A stretch of DNA of 64,000 nt from Candidatus Hydrogenedentota bacterium. Its GTDB lineage: Bacteria; Hydrogenedentota; Hydrogenedentia; Hydrogenedentales; SLHB01. The notes beneath the pieces were generated by a model that worked only from the letters and a program-made list of their open reading frames with translations, was not told the origin of the DNA and made no database searches. The translations under genes were made by a program, and so were the position numbers. Each line of letters starts with the position of its first letter. Within the stretch, counting starts at the first letter, position 1. Below are positions 49,779 through 59,365 of the stretch, one piece after another. The stretch lies in the NCBI GenBank assembly GCA_016209895.1, contig JACQVH010000157.1, positions 4,206 through 68,205 of the forward strand, in the 5' to 3' direction.

Positions 49779-51044
49779 TTAATTCGTCGTTTCCAGCTGA
49801 GGGAGTGTAATACGGAAAAGGGCACCTCCTTCGGGACTGCGTCCAACGTCGATCTTACCGCCGTGTTCCTTCACGATTTTCCGCGTTACGGCGAGACCGA
49901 GCCCTGTACCCTGGGAACCTTTGGTCGAAAAAAACGGCTCAAAAATCTTGTTGAAATTCACTTCCAGGACGCCCGGGCCATTGTCCGACACTTCTAGTTG
50001 CAGCGATCGGTCGGACGTAAAGCACGCCGCTACTCGAATATAGCCGGACGGTTGCGAGACGGCGTCCGCCGCATTCGTAAGTAAGTTCAAGAGGCATCGG
50101 AACAACCCGCGTGAATCCACGAGGACCGGCCCCGTCACGCCGTCCGTGTTCACTTCCAGCGTCAAATTCCGGCGAATCAGGAGACCCCAGAAGGTTTGCG
50201 CGACCTCATCTATCAACATGCGCAAATCGCACGATTCAATAACCGGACGGCGAGGTTTGGAAAAGGCCAGCATGTCCTCCACAAAATGCGCGATTCGCTT
50301 CGTGCTCCGTTTGAAGATAGGCCAGCTCTTCTTGAGGAATTCCAAGTTATCCACCTCCAGACCCTGGTCAATCAGGTCCACACTGCCGCTCATTCCGGTG
50401 ATGATATTCTTGGTATAGTGCGAGAGTCCGGCCACCGCCTCGCCGATGGCGGACAGGCGCTCGGCACGAAGGTTCTCCTCGATCAGCCGCGCGTTTACGA
50501 TGACCGTCGCGACCACGGTCGAAAACATCTCCAACACGCGCATGTCCATTTCGGAGAACGGTCCGCCGTCCGTCTTATTCAGGACTTCGAGCACGCCCAC
50601 GAGCTTATCGCGGTCCACCAGAGGCACGGCCAACAGGCTCCGGGTTTCGAAACGGCTGGTCTCGTCGGCCAGGCGGTAGAAGCGCGTATCCCGGCGCACG
50701 TCCGGTACATTGACCGATTCGCGCGTGACGGCGGCAACCCCGGCGATGCCTTGGTTCAGCTTCAGTCGCACTTCGCGTTTGAGCGCCTGCTGGTCGCCCG
50801 TCTCACCCAGCGCCACCTGAAAGTAAAGTTCTTCCGTGACCGGATCGTAAAGTATCAACGAACACGCCTCTGCCTGGGCCACGTGCTTGCTTTCTTCCAT
50901 GATGCGTTCGAGGAGGGTATCCAAGTCAGTGATAACCGAGATGAGGTGGTGTACCCGGTACAGCGCGTCCACGATCCGCTGCATTTCGCGAGCCGGAATA
51001 TCGGTCAGCCAGGATACACTTTCATCCACTCGGGGTGCCACCAC
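49779..51044 (-). CDS. GAF-domain sensor histidine kinase
   Basis: GAF region, H-box LSHYTKNIITG, HATPase DNGPGV...GTGLGLA. Confidence 0.8.
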   Translation of the reverse strand: MVAPRVDESVSWLTDIPAREMQRIVDALYRVHHLISVITDLDTLLERIMEESKHVAQAEACSLILYDPVTEELYFQVALGETGDQQALKREVRLKLNQGIAGVAAVTRESVNVPDVRRDTRFYRLADETSRFETRSLLAVPLVDRDKLVGVLEVLNKTDGGPFSEMDMRVLEMFSTVVATVIVNARLIEENLRAERLSAIGEAVAGLSHYTKNIITGMSGSVDLIDQGLEVDNLEFLKKSWPIFKRSTKRIAHFVEDMLAFSKPRRPVIESCDLRMLIDEVAQTFWGLLIRRNLTLEVNTDGVTGPVLVDSRGLFRCLLNLLTNAADAVSQPSGYIRVAACFTSDRSLQLEVSDNGPGVLEVNFNKIFEPFFSTKGSQGTGLGLAVTRKIVKEHGGKIDVGRSPEGGALFRITLPQLETTN

Positions 51045-52056
51045 TGCTCCGTCCCGACGCCTCTAGATAGGCGTCAATTCTAGGAAGCGCATGATAAAGC
51101 ACTTCGCCGACGGCCTGCAAACTCTCGGGACATACCCGCTCAATAGTGTCGCGTGCCGTGTGCCAGTTGCGTTGGTGATCGAGGATGCTGCCACCGTAGG
51201 AGAAATCAATAAGATTCAGGGCCGGAATACCGGCCCGGCGAAACGGGATATGGTCGTCTTCGATCCGCTGTCGCATCTTCAGAAAATGCGCGCTGTAGCC
51301 CATCGCCCGCGCCTGATCCCACACCAGCTTCATTAACCATTCCGGCGCGCCTTGGTCTTGTCCGATGCCGAGGTAACAGTCGCCGATCATATCCACGTTG
51401 ATCATGGCATGGACCTCGGACAGCGCTCCCCTCGAGCGCAAGTCGGCGACAAACGAGCGGCTCCCGTACAAGCTGTCGCTTTCGGACCACTGTCCGAACG
51501 CCTCTTCACCATCGAAGAAGCAGAGCCAGACGCTGCGTCCTTCACGTCGAGGGCCGAGCGCGCGCGCCATCTCGATCATCCACGCGGTGGCAGAACCCCC
51601 ATCGTTAGCACCAACGAACTCGATGTCCGGCAGATATTTCGTGTCGTAGTGATTCCCCACAACAATCACGCCTGGGCGCGTCCCTTCGACGATTCCGTAT
51701 AGGTTGACCATCCGCCGTGGCCCAACGGGTGTTCGGGCTTCAAAAACCTGTTCTTTGACCCCCAATCCCGCCCCAGCAAGTTCCTTTCGAATCATACTCC
51801 GGAGTCGCTCCGAAGCCGATGAGCCGGGTGGTCGTGGCCCCAAAGCGACAATAACATTCAGGTCAGCAAATGCGCGGCGGCTGTCAAAGGGCGAAAGTGC
51901 GGTGTGCGTCTTGACCCGCTGCGACACGTCGGGCCGCAATGATCTCTTCAGTACTTGGGCAGCGAAAAACAAGACGACAAAAGCCGCAAACCCCATCAAC
52001 GCTAGGAGTTTCAGCACACGAGTGTTTCCGACTTTCAACCTGACTCCTTCGATCAA
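51022..52056 (-). CDS. M28-family membrane-anchored metallopeptidase
   Basis: Zn ligand regions HYDTKY, DGGSATAWMIE, FFDGEE; N-terminal TM. Confidence 0.7.
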   Translation of the reverse strand: MIEGVRLKVGNTRVLKLLALMGFAAFVVLFFAAQVLKRSLRPDVSQRVKTHTALSPFDSRRAFADLNVIVALGPRPPGSSASERLRSMIRKELAGAGLGVKEQVFEARTPVGPRRMVNLYGIVEGTRPGVIVVGNHYDTKYLPDIEFVGANDGGSATAWMIEMARALGPRREGRSVWLCFFDGEEAFGQWSESDSLYGSRSFVADLRSRGALSEVHAMINVDMIGDCYLGIGQDQGAPEWLMKLVWDQARAMGYSAHFLKMRQRIEDDHIPFRRAGIPALNLIDFSYGGSILDHQRNWHTARDTIERVCPESLQAVGEVLYHALPRIDAYLEASGRSSGGTPSG

Positions 52057-52215
52057 TGATTACAGTAATTTGTCGAGCAATTCGCGCATGCTTGCGGATG
52101 CGAGTATGACGGAGCTTCGATGCATGCTGCAAGCCGCCATTCTTCTCCAAGGAAGTTCTTCGGGAGGGGCAACCTTGGAACTAAACGAGTTATCTTAGGG
52201 TTTATATACGGCAGA

Positions 52216-52238
52216 TTAGGATTGCGACGATCCTAATA
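52216..52238. promoter_or_regulatory. Perfect palindrome ATTAGGAT-N7-ATCCTAAT inside a ~180-bp AT-rich island upstream of PilZ gene
   Basis: Read directly; third CCTAAT half-site at 52262-52269. Confidence 0.45.
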
Positions 52239-52350
52239 GCGGATAGATTTGTCTGATTGCTCCTAATAAATCGCATATTTCTGAGCAAAACGTAATAAGA
52301 TTAAAAATCGTGTATTTTGAACTTTTCGATGGATTTTCGAGGAGACCGGT

Positions 52351-52359
52351 GTTATAATG
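52351..52359 (+). promoter_or_regulatory. Extended -10 element TGtTATAAT 18 nt upstream of PilZ start, SD AGGTAGGA
   Basis: tgttataat at 52351-52359; no good -35. Confidence 0.45.
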
Positions 52360-52377
52360 GTTTCAAGGTAGGAAAAA

Positions 52378-52806
52378 ATGCCGGCCGCGTACACCATAGA
52401 TATGACGTGGGACGACCCTTATGAGCATCGTGAGGACCGCCGCAAAACGCCGCGTGCCGAGTGGAAGCGAAAAATCTCAATTGCGGTGGACAATCCGGCC
52501 GGAAAGGGACGCCTTGTCGGTCCCGGACTGGTAATGAATCTGTCTTCGCATGGTGTTCTCGTCAACACTAAACATCGCCTCCAGCCGCAACAGCCGGTTA
52601 CGGTGGCCATGCCGACGGAACCCGCCCCCAACGATATGTGTCTGCCGGAAGTGTTTGCCGGCCCAGCTACGGTCGTACGTGTAGAAGCCCTTGATGACCG
52701 GCATTTCCGCGTGGCGCTGCGGTTTGGCGAGACCCTCTCCCAGAACATGGAATTCGCCATGTTCGTGGACTTCATGCAGACCGTGGTGAAGGCCCTCGGC
52801 GCCTGA
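52378..52806 (+). CDS. PilZ-domain (c-di-GMP binding) protein
   Basis: RRKTPR (RxxxR) and NLSSHGVLV ((D/N)xSxxG) PilZ motifs. Confidence 0.5.
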   Translation: MPAAYTIDMTWDDPYEHREDRRKTPRAEWKRKISIAVDNPAGKGRLVGPGLVMNLSSHGVLVNTKHRLQPQQPVTVAMPTEPAPNDMCLPEVFAGPATVVRVEALDDRHFRVALRFGETLSQNMEFAMFVDFMQTVVKALGA

Positions 52807-52838
52807 AAACTGTCTAATCCCGCCTCGTAATTTTTCCG

Positions 52839-52960
52839 CTCCGAAACGGTAAGGTTTTTCATGAACAGGTATGCTGTGCGCGGCCGATTTACACCCCGTG
52901 TTGGGCAGACTTTGTGGTCTGCCCAACTGTCTTCTCCGAAACGGTGAGGTTTCTCATGAA
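52839..52960 (+). repeat. 27-bp direct repeats CTCCGAAACGGT(A/G)AGGTTT(T/C)TCATGAA (52839-52865, 52934-52960) flanking a perfect 11-bp-stem hairpin (52900-52927); contains a 27-codon mini-ORF with SD
   Basis: Read directly; hairpin GTTGGGCAGAC-tttgtg-GTCTGCCCAAC. Confidence 0.6.
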
Positions 52961-53065
52961 GTAAGATTTACGCCCGGTCGCGTTATGAACCATGAATACC
53001 ACCGAAACATCAATGAATCTTAACTTGAGTGACCGAGGATTTATCTCCCAGAAAGGACTCGAAGT

Positions 53066-54448
53066 ATGTTCTTGACTCTGGTTGTCGGATGGGTTGCGAT
53101 CAGCGCTTCGCCAGTCGTTCCAATCCAAGCGAAAACGTTTGTCTTGCAGACCGGTCTCGATGTGTGGGACATAGCCGTCCAGGACGTCAATGGCGATGGC
53201 AAGAACGACATACTCGCTCTCGGCTGCGATGAGAAAAGTTATCCGCTGAACAAACGGGTATTCCTGTTCTTGGCCGAAACACCTGGCGGATATCCGGAGA
53301 AGCCATCTACGGAGCTGCGACTGGAAACCGAGGCGAGCGTGCTTTTCCTGGCGGAGGTAGACGGCAAACCGCCTAAAGAATTAGTCGCCGCGCATAGTCT
53401 TGGGGCGACCGTATTCGGCCACGAGGACGGGAAATTCACCGCGCTCCGCACCCCGCAGTTTCGCTCGCTGTTTCCCGATAGCGCTAAACAGCCGACGTTC
53501 CTCAAGGACACTGCAATAGACCTGGACGCCGACGGCATCGAGGAGTGGATGATCCCGGTTCCCGGTGGATACGAGATTCGCAAGGCGGACCGGGCGGTAT
53601 GCAACGTCCCGTGCGACGTGGTCAGCCAAATTCGCAGTGGCAGCAGTGTCTCGATCGCTTATCGGCTGCCCGCGTATCAACTGGTGGACCTCGAGGATCA
53701 ATCGCACAAGGCCCTCGCCTTTCTCAGTGATGAGTTCGCGGACTTTGCCTACGGGGAAAACTGGACGCAGCGTTCCCGATTCAAGATTCCGCTAACCCTC
53801 GAAGAGAAATGGGAAGCCACAACCCAAATGAAGGACATCAATGCCGACGGTTGGCCGGACCTGGTGGTCTCGCAGATGCGCGGTACCGCCAATCTTAAAG
53901 TCCTCACGCAGGTGTATCTGGCCAACGGACGGTTCACATATCCTGAAAAGCCCACGGCCACCTTCGAGGCCAATGGCGCGCTGGCCAGTCCCGTCCTCGT
54001 TGACGTCAACAAGGATAAGAAGCTGGATATCCTATTCGTGACCGTGCCGTTTGGCGTCCGGTCCTTGATCAATTTCTTCATCCTGCGCAAGGTCAACGCG
54101 CAGGTGGATGTCTATATGTTCACTGGATCGGGATTCAACACCCAGCCCGATTTTAAGTCGAGCGTTTCCCTCGATGCCCCCGAAGGACGCGAACAAGTCG
54201 CCTACACGCTCGGCGATTTCACCGGCGACGGGCGCATTGATCTCGCTTTCGGAGAAGGTTCGAACAAGCTGGTCGTTCACACCGGCGCAGCCAACCGATT
54301 CATCTCATCGCGCCCCGCCCTCACCCTCGCGCTGCCCGCTTTCGGCATGGCGCGCACGTATGACCTCGACGCCAACGGCCGTGAAGACATCGTGCTCTTC
54401 CATCCCGGCGGCGATAATAAACAACGCGTGGAAGTAATTGCGTTCTAA
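53066..54448 (+). CDS. FG-GAP repeat (integrin-alpha-like beta-propeller) secreted protein
   Basis: Repeated DxDGDGxxD-like Ca-binding loops: NGDGKNDILALG, DADGIEEWMI, NADGWPDLVV, FTGDGRIDLAF, DANGREDIVLF. Confidence 0.6.
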   Translation: MFLTLVVGWVAISASPVVPIQAKTFVLQTGLDVWDIAVQDVNGDGKNDILALGCDEKSYPLNKRVFLFLAETPGGYPEKPSTELRLETEASVLFLAEVDGKPPKELVAAHSLGATVFGHEDGKFTALRTPQFRSLFPDSAKQPTFLKDTAIDLDADGIEEWMIPVPGGYEIRKADRAVCNVPCDVVSQIRSGSSVSIAYRLPAYQLVDLEDQSHKALAFLSDEFADFAYGENWTQRSRFKIPLTLEEKWEATTQMKDINADGWPDLVVSQMRGTANLKVLTQVYLANGRFTYPEKPTATFEANGALASPVLVDVNKDKKLDILFVTVPFGVRSLINFFILRKVNAQVDVYMFTGSGFNTQPDFKSSVSLDAPEGREQVAYTLGDFTGDGRIDLAFGEGSNKLVVHTGAANRFISSRPALTLALPAFGMARTYDLDANGREDIVLFHPGGDNKQRVEVIAF

Positions 54449-54543
54449 GACGAGAACGCAACGAAATTTTCGACTTGTCCGCTTCCGGCGGATTTGCGAT
54501 TCTTAATCCTGCTTTGCGTTGTGGTAATCGCGAAAGGTTTGCA

Positions 54544-55422
54544 ATGAATCAAACGGCGGTGGTGGGAGTAGTGGGTCTGGGACTAGTGGGGACAGCAGTC
54601 GCGCGGCGGCTGTTGGGGGCCGGACGTCGCGTTCTTGGCTATGACATTGCCGGCGAGGCCTCGCGAAAAGCTCGTGACTTTGGCGTACAAACGGTGGATC
54701 GCCTATCCGATTTGCCGGGGAAAACAGGATTGTTCATTCTGAGTCTGCCGGCCGCCGACGCGGTCGACGCCGTCCTCTGGGGCAGCGACGGCATCGGGGA
54801 ACGATGCGGTCCCGGAAGCATCATTCTGGACACAACGACCACTCGGGCCGAGGATACGGTGAGACACAATCAGCGGATTGCAAAGCGCGGCGTCCGATTC
54901 GCGGACGTGACGTTGGTCGGTTCCAGCGCCGAGATCGCGGAAGGGCGCGCGGTTGCATTAGTCGGCGACACGGCGGAAGCTGCGAATGCCTACGCGGACC
55001 CAATAAAGACCTTCGCAACTCACTTGTTCTTCTTGGGTGGACCCGGGAAAGGAAACCAAGCGAAACTGTTGGTGAACTTGGTGCTTGGCCTGAATCGGCT
55101 CGTGTTGGCGGAAGCGCTGGCCTTTGCCGAAAAAACTGACATTAAGCCCGGGCAACTCTTGGAGATTCTCAAGGCCAGTGCAGCCTATTCACGCGTAATG
55201 GACTCGAAGGGCGAGAAAATGCTCACCGGCAACTTCGAACCCGTGGCCCGTCTCGCCCAACACGCCAAAGACGTCGGCCTCATACTCGAACTGGCCAAAC
55301 AAGTCGGCGGCAACACCCCGCTCAGCGAACTCCACGCACGGATGCTCCAGGAAGCGATTAAACACGGGTGGGGAGAGTTGGATAACTCCGCTATAATACG
55401 CGCGTTTCAACTGAACGCATGA
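54544..55422 (+). CDS. NAD(P)-dependent oxidoreductase of 3-hydroxyisobutyrate dehydrogenase/6PGDH-like family
   Basis: GVVGLGLVGTAVARRL Rossmann motif, ~290 aa. Confidence 0.75.
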   Translation: MNQTAVVGVVGLGLVGTAVARRLLGAGRRVLGYDIAGEASRKARDFGVQTVDRLSDLPGKTGLFILSLPAADAVDAVLWGSDGIGERCGPGSIILDTTTTRAEDTVRHNQRIAKRGVRFADVTLVGSSAEIAEGRAVALVGDTAEAANAYADPIKTFATHLFFLGGPGKGNQAKLLVNLVLGLNRLVLAEALAFAEKTDIKPGQLLEILKASAAYSRVMDSKGEKMLTGNFEPVARLAQHAKDVGLILELAKQVGGNTPLSELHARMLQEAIKHGWGELDNSAIIRAFQLNA

Positions 55423-55435
55423 GAGAAGGGTGATT

Positions 55436-58400
55436 ATGCGATGCGCGTTGGCGATCTCAATGACGATAATGTTTGCGCCTCATGTTCACGCGTCGGCCGC
55501 GGGGGACTCTGTGCATCCGCGGCCTGATTGGATGCGGCCCGTGGTAAGTTTGAATGGCCCGTGGCGTTTTGATCTTGATCGTGATGACGTGGGTGTCGGC
55601 CAACAGTGGTTTGCCGGGCATACGTTCACGCGCACGATCAACGTGCCATTTCCCTGGCAGAGCGAGCTGTCCGGGGTTCACGACCTCGCTTACCAAGGCG
55701 CTGCGTGGTACGAGCGCGACGTGACGATTCCGGGCGAGGCGAAGGAGTCACGCGTATTCGTGGTATTCGGCGCAGTGGACTGGCACGCGACAGTCTGGGT
55801 AAACGGTCAGAAAGTGGCCGAGCACGAAGGTGGCTATACGCCGTTCGAAGTCGAACTGACTGGCTTTGCCAAACCCGGCGAGACCGTTCGTCTTACGCTC
55901 CGCGCCTACGATGTGACCGACCCGGAAACGCCCAACGGGAAACAGACGGGTTGGTATACGCCGACGGGCGGAATTTGGCAGACCGTCTATCTGGAGACCC
56001 GCGGGGCGGCGTTCCTGCAAAGCGCGCAAATCTACCCGGATATTGACGGCGAGCGGGCCACCGTCCGCTACTCGATCGATGCCGCCGAGAAGGGAACGTA
56101 CAAGCTACTCGTTTCGGCCCGGGAAGAAGGGACGGGACGCGAATTCCGTGAGGAACGCGCAGTAGGATGTTCACCGGGTATCACCACGGACCAATGCACG
56201 ATCAGCATCCCCGAACCTCGGCTCTGGACCCCGGACACGCCGCGTCTCTACCCGACGCACTTGGAACTGCGGCTGCAGGACAAGGTCGTGGACGCGGTGG
56301 ATACCTACTTCGGCATGCGTAAAATCTCGCGGGGGACTTACGGCGGTAGTACACAAGAGTATCTCCTCCTGAACAACCAGCCCATTTATCTTCGGGGCGC
56401 GCTGCACCAGTCGTTCAATCCGAAAGGCATTTATTCGCATCCGGATGACGATTTCCTGCGCCGCGATTACGAGAAGGCCAAGGAATTCGGCCTGAATTTC
56501 CTCCGTATACACATCAAGGTAGACGAACCCCGGGCGCTCTACTGGGCCGACCGGCTGGGAATCATGTTGATGTGCGACATGCCCAATTTTCAGCATAAGA
56601 CCGACCGCGCCAAGCGCCTCTGGGAGGAAACGCTGCGACGCGCGGTAGCACGTGATTTCAATCACCCCGCCGTTATCGCGTGGTGCAACTTCAACGAGAC
56701 CTGGGGTATCGGCGACGGCGGCTATGATCGCCCGACGCAAGAGTGGGTGCGCGACATGTACCTGCTGGCCAAACAACTCGACCCGACGCGCCTCGTGGAA
56801 GACAATTCGGCTTGCAATTACGACCACACGGTAACGGACATTAACTCGTGGCACTTCTACATGGACGACTACGAGCACGCGCGGCGGCATATCGCGGAGG
56901 TGGTGGACCAGACGTTTCCCGACTCGCAGTTCAACTACGCGCCCGGCTGGAAGCAGACTACTGAGCCGCTGCTCAATTCCGAATACGGCGGCGTCAGCGC
57001 CGGCTCCGGCGATCGCGACATTTCCTGGGTCTTTCTAATTCTGACCAATCTCCTGCGCAAACACGGAAAGATTTGTGGCTATGTCTACACCGAACTCGAG
57101 GATATCGAATGGGAACACAACGGTTTCATGAACTACGACCGCTCCGACAAAGTGTACGACTACCCAGCCGAAATCAAATTGAAGGACCTGCAGCAAGACG
57201 ATTTCCCGGTGTTAGATTGTCCGCCTTACCAGAAAATCGCTGGCGGCGCCAACGCAAGTATCCCAGTCCTGGTCAGCCGCTGGTCGGAACGTCAGAACCT
57301 GGTCTTGCGACTGTCCGTGGATGGCAAGACCGTTGACGGGACAAGCTGGAATTCACTGGTCTCGCCCCAGGAACGAAACGTAGAAGGTTCGGCGTTTGCG
57401 GTTACGTCTCAAGGTACGTTCGACTTGCTCATTCCGAATATGCAGGGTCTGGTGTACGTGATCGCGGAATTGTTGCAGGACGGCAAAAGGTACGCGGCGA
57501 ACTATTGCGTGTTGCACGTCGCTGACGGCATGGCTTGGTCAAAGCCGGACCAGTTTGCCGTCTCCTTCCCCGTGGACAAGTTTTCCGCCTACTCGTTCGG
57601 CGCTGATCGCCATTTCATTCCGGAGCGACCCGGCAAGGTTTTTGGCTACGGTCCCGGATACCTCGAATATCGGCTGCTGCTCCCGGAAGACCTCGACCCC
57701 GAAGCGGTGCTGAGTTGCCGCCTGGTTGCCGAGATTGGCGCGAAAGCCGATCGCGCGCGCGTGGATTGGCCCGAACACATCCATCCTCAAGACTACCCAC
57801 AGACCGACGGGCGCGCTTGGCCCACCGACGTAGGCGTCTCTCTCAATGACGTCGAATTCGCAAAGTTGCACATCGAGAACGACTTTGCCGACGCACGAGG
57901 CGTCTTGTCGCATGTAGCCGGCTACCATCATGGTTCGCACGGCGTGGTTGCGGACTTGCCCCTCGATGGTCTCGCGCTCGAAGAAATCAAGCGCAGTCTG
58001 CAGCAAGACCGCCCAATCGCCGTCCGATTCGGTGTCGCCCCCGGTGATCGCTCCGGAGGACTCGCGCTGTATGGCGCAGAACTCGGCGCTTATCCGGCCG
58101 ACCCGACCTTGGTATTCTCCCTCAGACCCGGAACACCGTTACCGAAACGGCGCGGCGAAACCGTGGACCTGGCCGACGAACGCATCGTGAATTTGATCCA
58201 ACGCGGCCCGCGGGGTCACGTGTGGCGGTATACCGAAGCCGATCCGGGACGGGATTGGTACGGGGTGCAATTCGACGACCGGAATTGGAAGACTGGGCCC
58301 AGCGGATTCGGCCGAGAAGATACTCCCGGCGCGAGGATTGGCACGCCTTGGCTCACGTCCCATATTTGGTTACGCACGACGGTCGAGGCCCCGAGGACCT

Positions 58401-58633
58401 TCGGCGTCGAGCCGGTATGGATGCAGTTGCATCATGACGAAGGCTCGGAAATCTACGTCAACGGCAAGTTGTTGCTGGAATTTGGTGGGTATCTCACCGA
58501 CTATCAGCGAATCGTATTAAAGCCCGAGCAGATAGCGCTGTTTCGCTCCGGTGGGAAAAACGTAATCGCCGTCCACTGTTCCCACACTGGTGGCGGACAG
58601 TTTATAGACTTGAGTCTTTCGACCGTGCAATGA
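55436..58633 (+). CDS. Glycoside hydrolase family 2 protein (1066 aa) with extra C-terminal domains
   Basis: GH2 N-terminal sugar-binding (WYERDVTIP...VDWHATVWVNGQKVAEHEGGYTPFEV), TIM-barrel region; signal peptide. Confidence 0.7.
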   Translation: MRCALAISMTIMFAPHVHASAAGDSVHPRPDWMRPVVSLNGPWRFDLDRDDVGVGQQWFAGHTFTRTINVPFPWQSELSGVHDLAYQGAAWYERDVTIPGEAKESRVFVVFGAVDWHATVWVNGQKVAEHEGGYTPFEVELTGFAKPGETVRLTLRAYDVTDPETPNGKQTGWYTPTGGIWQTVYLETRGAAFLQSAQIYPDIDGERATVRYSIDAAEKGTYKLLVSAREEGTGREFREERAVGCSPGITTDQCTISIPEPRLWTPDTPRLYPTHLELRLQDKVVDAVDTYFGMRKISRGTYGGSTQEYLLLNNQPIYLRGALHQSFNPKGIYSHPDDDFLRRDYEKAKEFGLNFLRIHIKVDEPRALYWADRLGIMLMCDMPNFQHKTDRAKRLWEETLRRAVARDFNHPAVIAWCNFNETWGIGDGGYDRPTQEWVRDMYLLAKQLDPTRLVEDNSACNYDHTVTDINSWHFYMDDYEHARRHIAEVVDQTFPDSQFNYAPGWKQTTEPLLNSEYGGVSAGSGDRDISWVFLILTNLLRKHGKICGYVYTELEDIEWEHNGFMNYDRSDKVYDYPAEIKLKDLQQDDFPVLDCPPYQKIAGGANASIPVLVSRWSERQNLVLRLSVDGKTVDGTSWNSLVSPQERNVEGSAFAVTSQGTFDLLIPNMQGLVYVIAELLQDGKRYAANYCVLHVADGMAWSKPDQFAVSFPVDKFSAYSFGADRHFIPERPGKVFGYGPGYLEYRLLLPEDLDPEAVLSCRLVAEIGAKADRARVDWPEHIHPQDYPQTDGRAWPTDVGVSLNDVEFAKLHIENDFADARGVLSHVAGYHHGSHGVVADLPLDGLALEEIKRSLQQDRPIAVRFGVAPGDRSGGLALYGAELGAYPADPTLVFSLRPGTPLPKRRGETVDLADERIVNLIQRGPRGHVWRYTEADPGRDWYGVQFDDRNWKTGPSGFGREDTPGARIGTPWLTSHIWLRTTVEAPRTFGVEPVWMQLHHDEGSEIYVNGKLLLEFGGYLTDYQRIVLKPEQIALFRSGGKNVIAVHCSHTGGGQFIDLSLSTVQ

Positions 58634-59232
58634 CTCCGGTACACCCAGGCATACAAGCCGCGCGACGATTTGCGCGCGAGCACGACTCCGAGCCGGAGCA
58701 CGCGTTCCAGGTTTGTAAGACTAGTCTGCAACTCTTTGACGGTCTCGTTGAACGGCATGGTCTGGGTGCGGCAGAGCGCCGGCTACTGGAGGCCGCCGCC
58801 TTGCTTCATGACACCGGCTACGATGTGGATCCCGTCCGGCACCACAAGATTTCTCGAGACCTGATTGTGGACTCACGACTGGAAGGCTTCACCAAGGAGC
58901 AATTAGCCATCGTGGCCTGCGTGGCGCGATATCATCGCAAGGCTCATCCGGACCAGACGCATCGTGTTTACCGAGACCTGAGCCGACGGGCCCGCAGCGT
59001 TGTGGACCGTTTGGCCGCCATCCTGCGCGTGGGGGACGGCCTGGACCGTTCTCATTCGGCGTGCACGTGCGGAGTGCGCATCGAGCAGAAGGGAACCGCG
59101 CTCCGCCTGTTAGTACAGCAACGGCGTCCGAATCCCATTGACATCGAAGGCGCCCTCCGCAAGCGGCAATGGTTCGAGGAAGTGTTTAAGGTGCGCCTAG
59201 ATATCGTGCCAGTGCCGATGGAACGCGGTTGA
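58630..59232 (+). CDS. HD-domain protein resembling the C-terminal HD domain of Ppx/GppA phosphatases
   Basis: LLHDTGY...HH; 4-bp overlap with GH2 stop. Confidence 0.55.
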   Translation: MTPVHPGIQAARRFAREHDSEPEHAFQVCKTSLQLFDGLVERHGLGAAERRLLEAAALLHDTGYDVDPVRHHKISRDLIVDSRLEGFTKEQLAIVACVARYHRKAHPDQTHRVYRDLSRRARSVVDRLAAILRVGDGLDRSHSACTCGVRIEQKGTALRLLVQQRRPNPIDIEGALRKRQWFEEVFKVRLDIVPVPMERG

Positions 59233-59290
59233 TGCGGATGAAACGGATTTGCACGGATATTGGTATTTCATGAGAACTCGTAGTCGACGT

Positions 59291-59365
59291 CTCGTAATCG
59301 CGATTCGTAATCGTAATCGAGGTTCGTACTCGTGCTCGCAATCGGTGACTCGTAATCGTAACGAA
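59291..59365. repeat. Inverted copy of the CGATTACGA-rich element (TCGTAATCG units x~6), overlapping the start of the YiiX-like gene
   Basis: Reverse complement aligns with 2558-2612 (e.g. CGATT(A/G)CGAGCACG(C/A)G(C/T)ACGAA(T/C)CTCGATTA). Confidence 0.7.

Noticed and set aside
50196-51083. 295-aa plus-strand ORF
   Set aside because: It is antisense to the GAF histidine kinase.
56171-56890. 239-aa minus-strand ORF
   Set aside because: It is antisense to the GH2 gene.
2516-59365. Inverted repeat copies as termini of a 57-kb mobile element/island
   Set aside because: The interior contains core housekeeping genes (putA, DEAD helicase, Mo-hydroxylase) and no integrase or transposase, so the island interpretation is unsupported.
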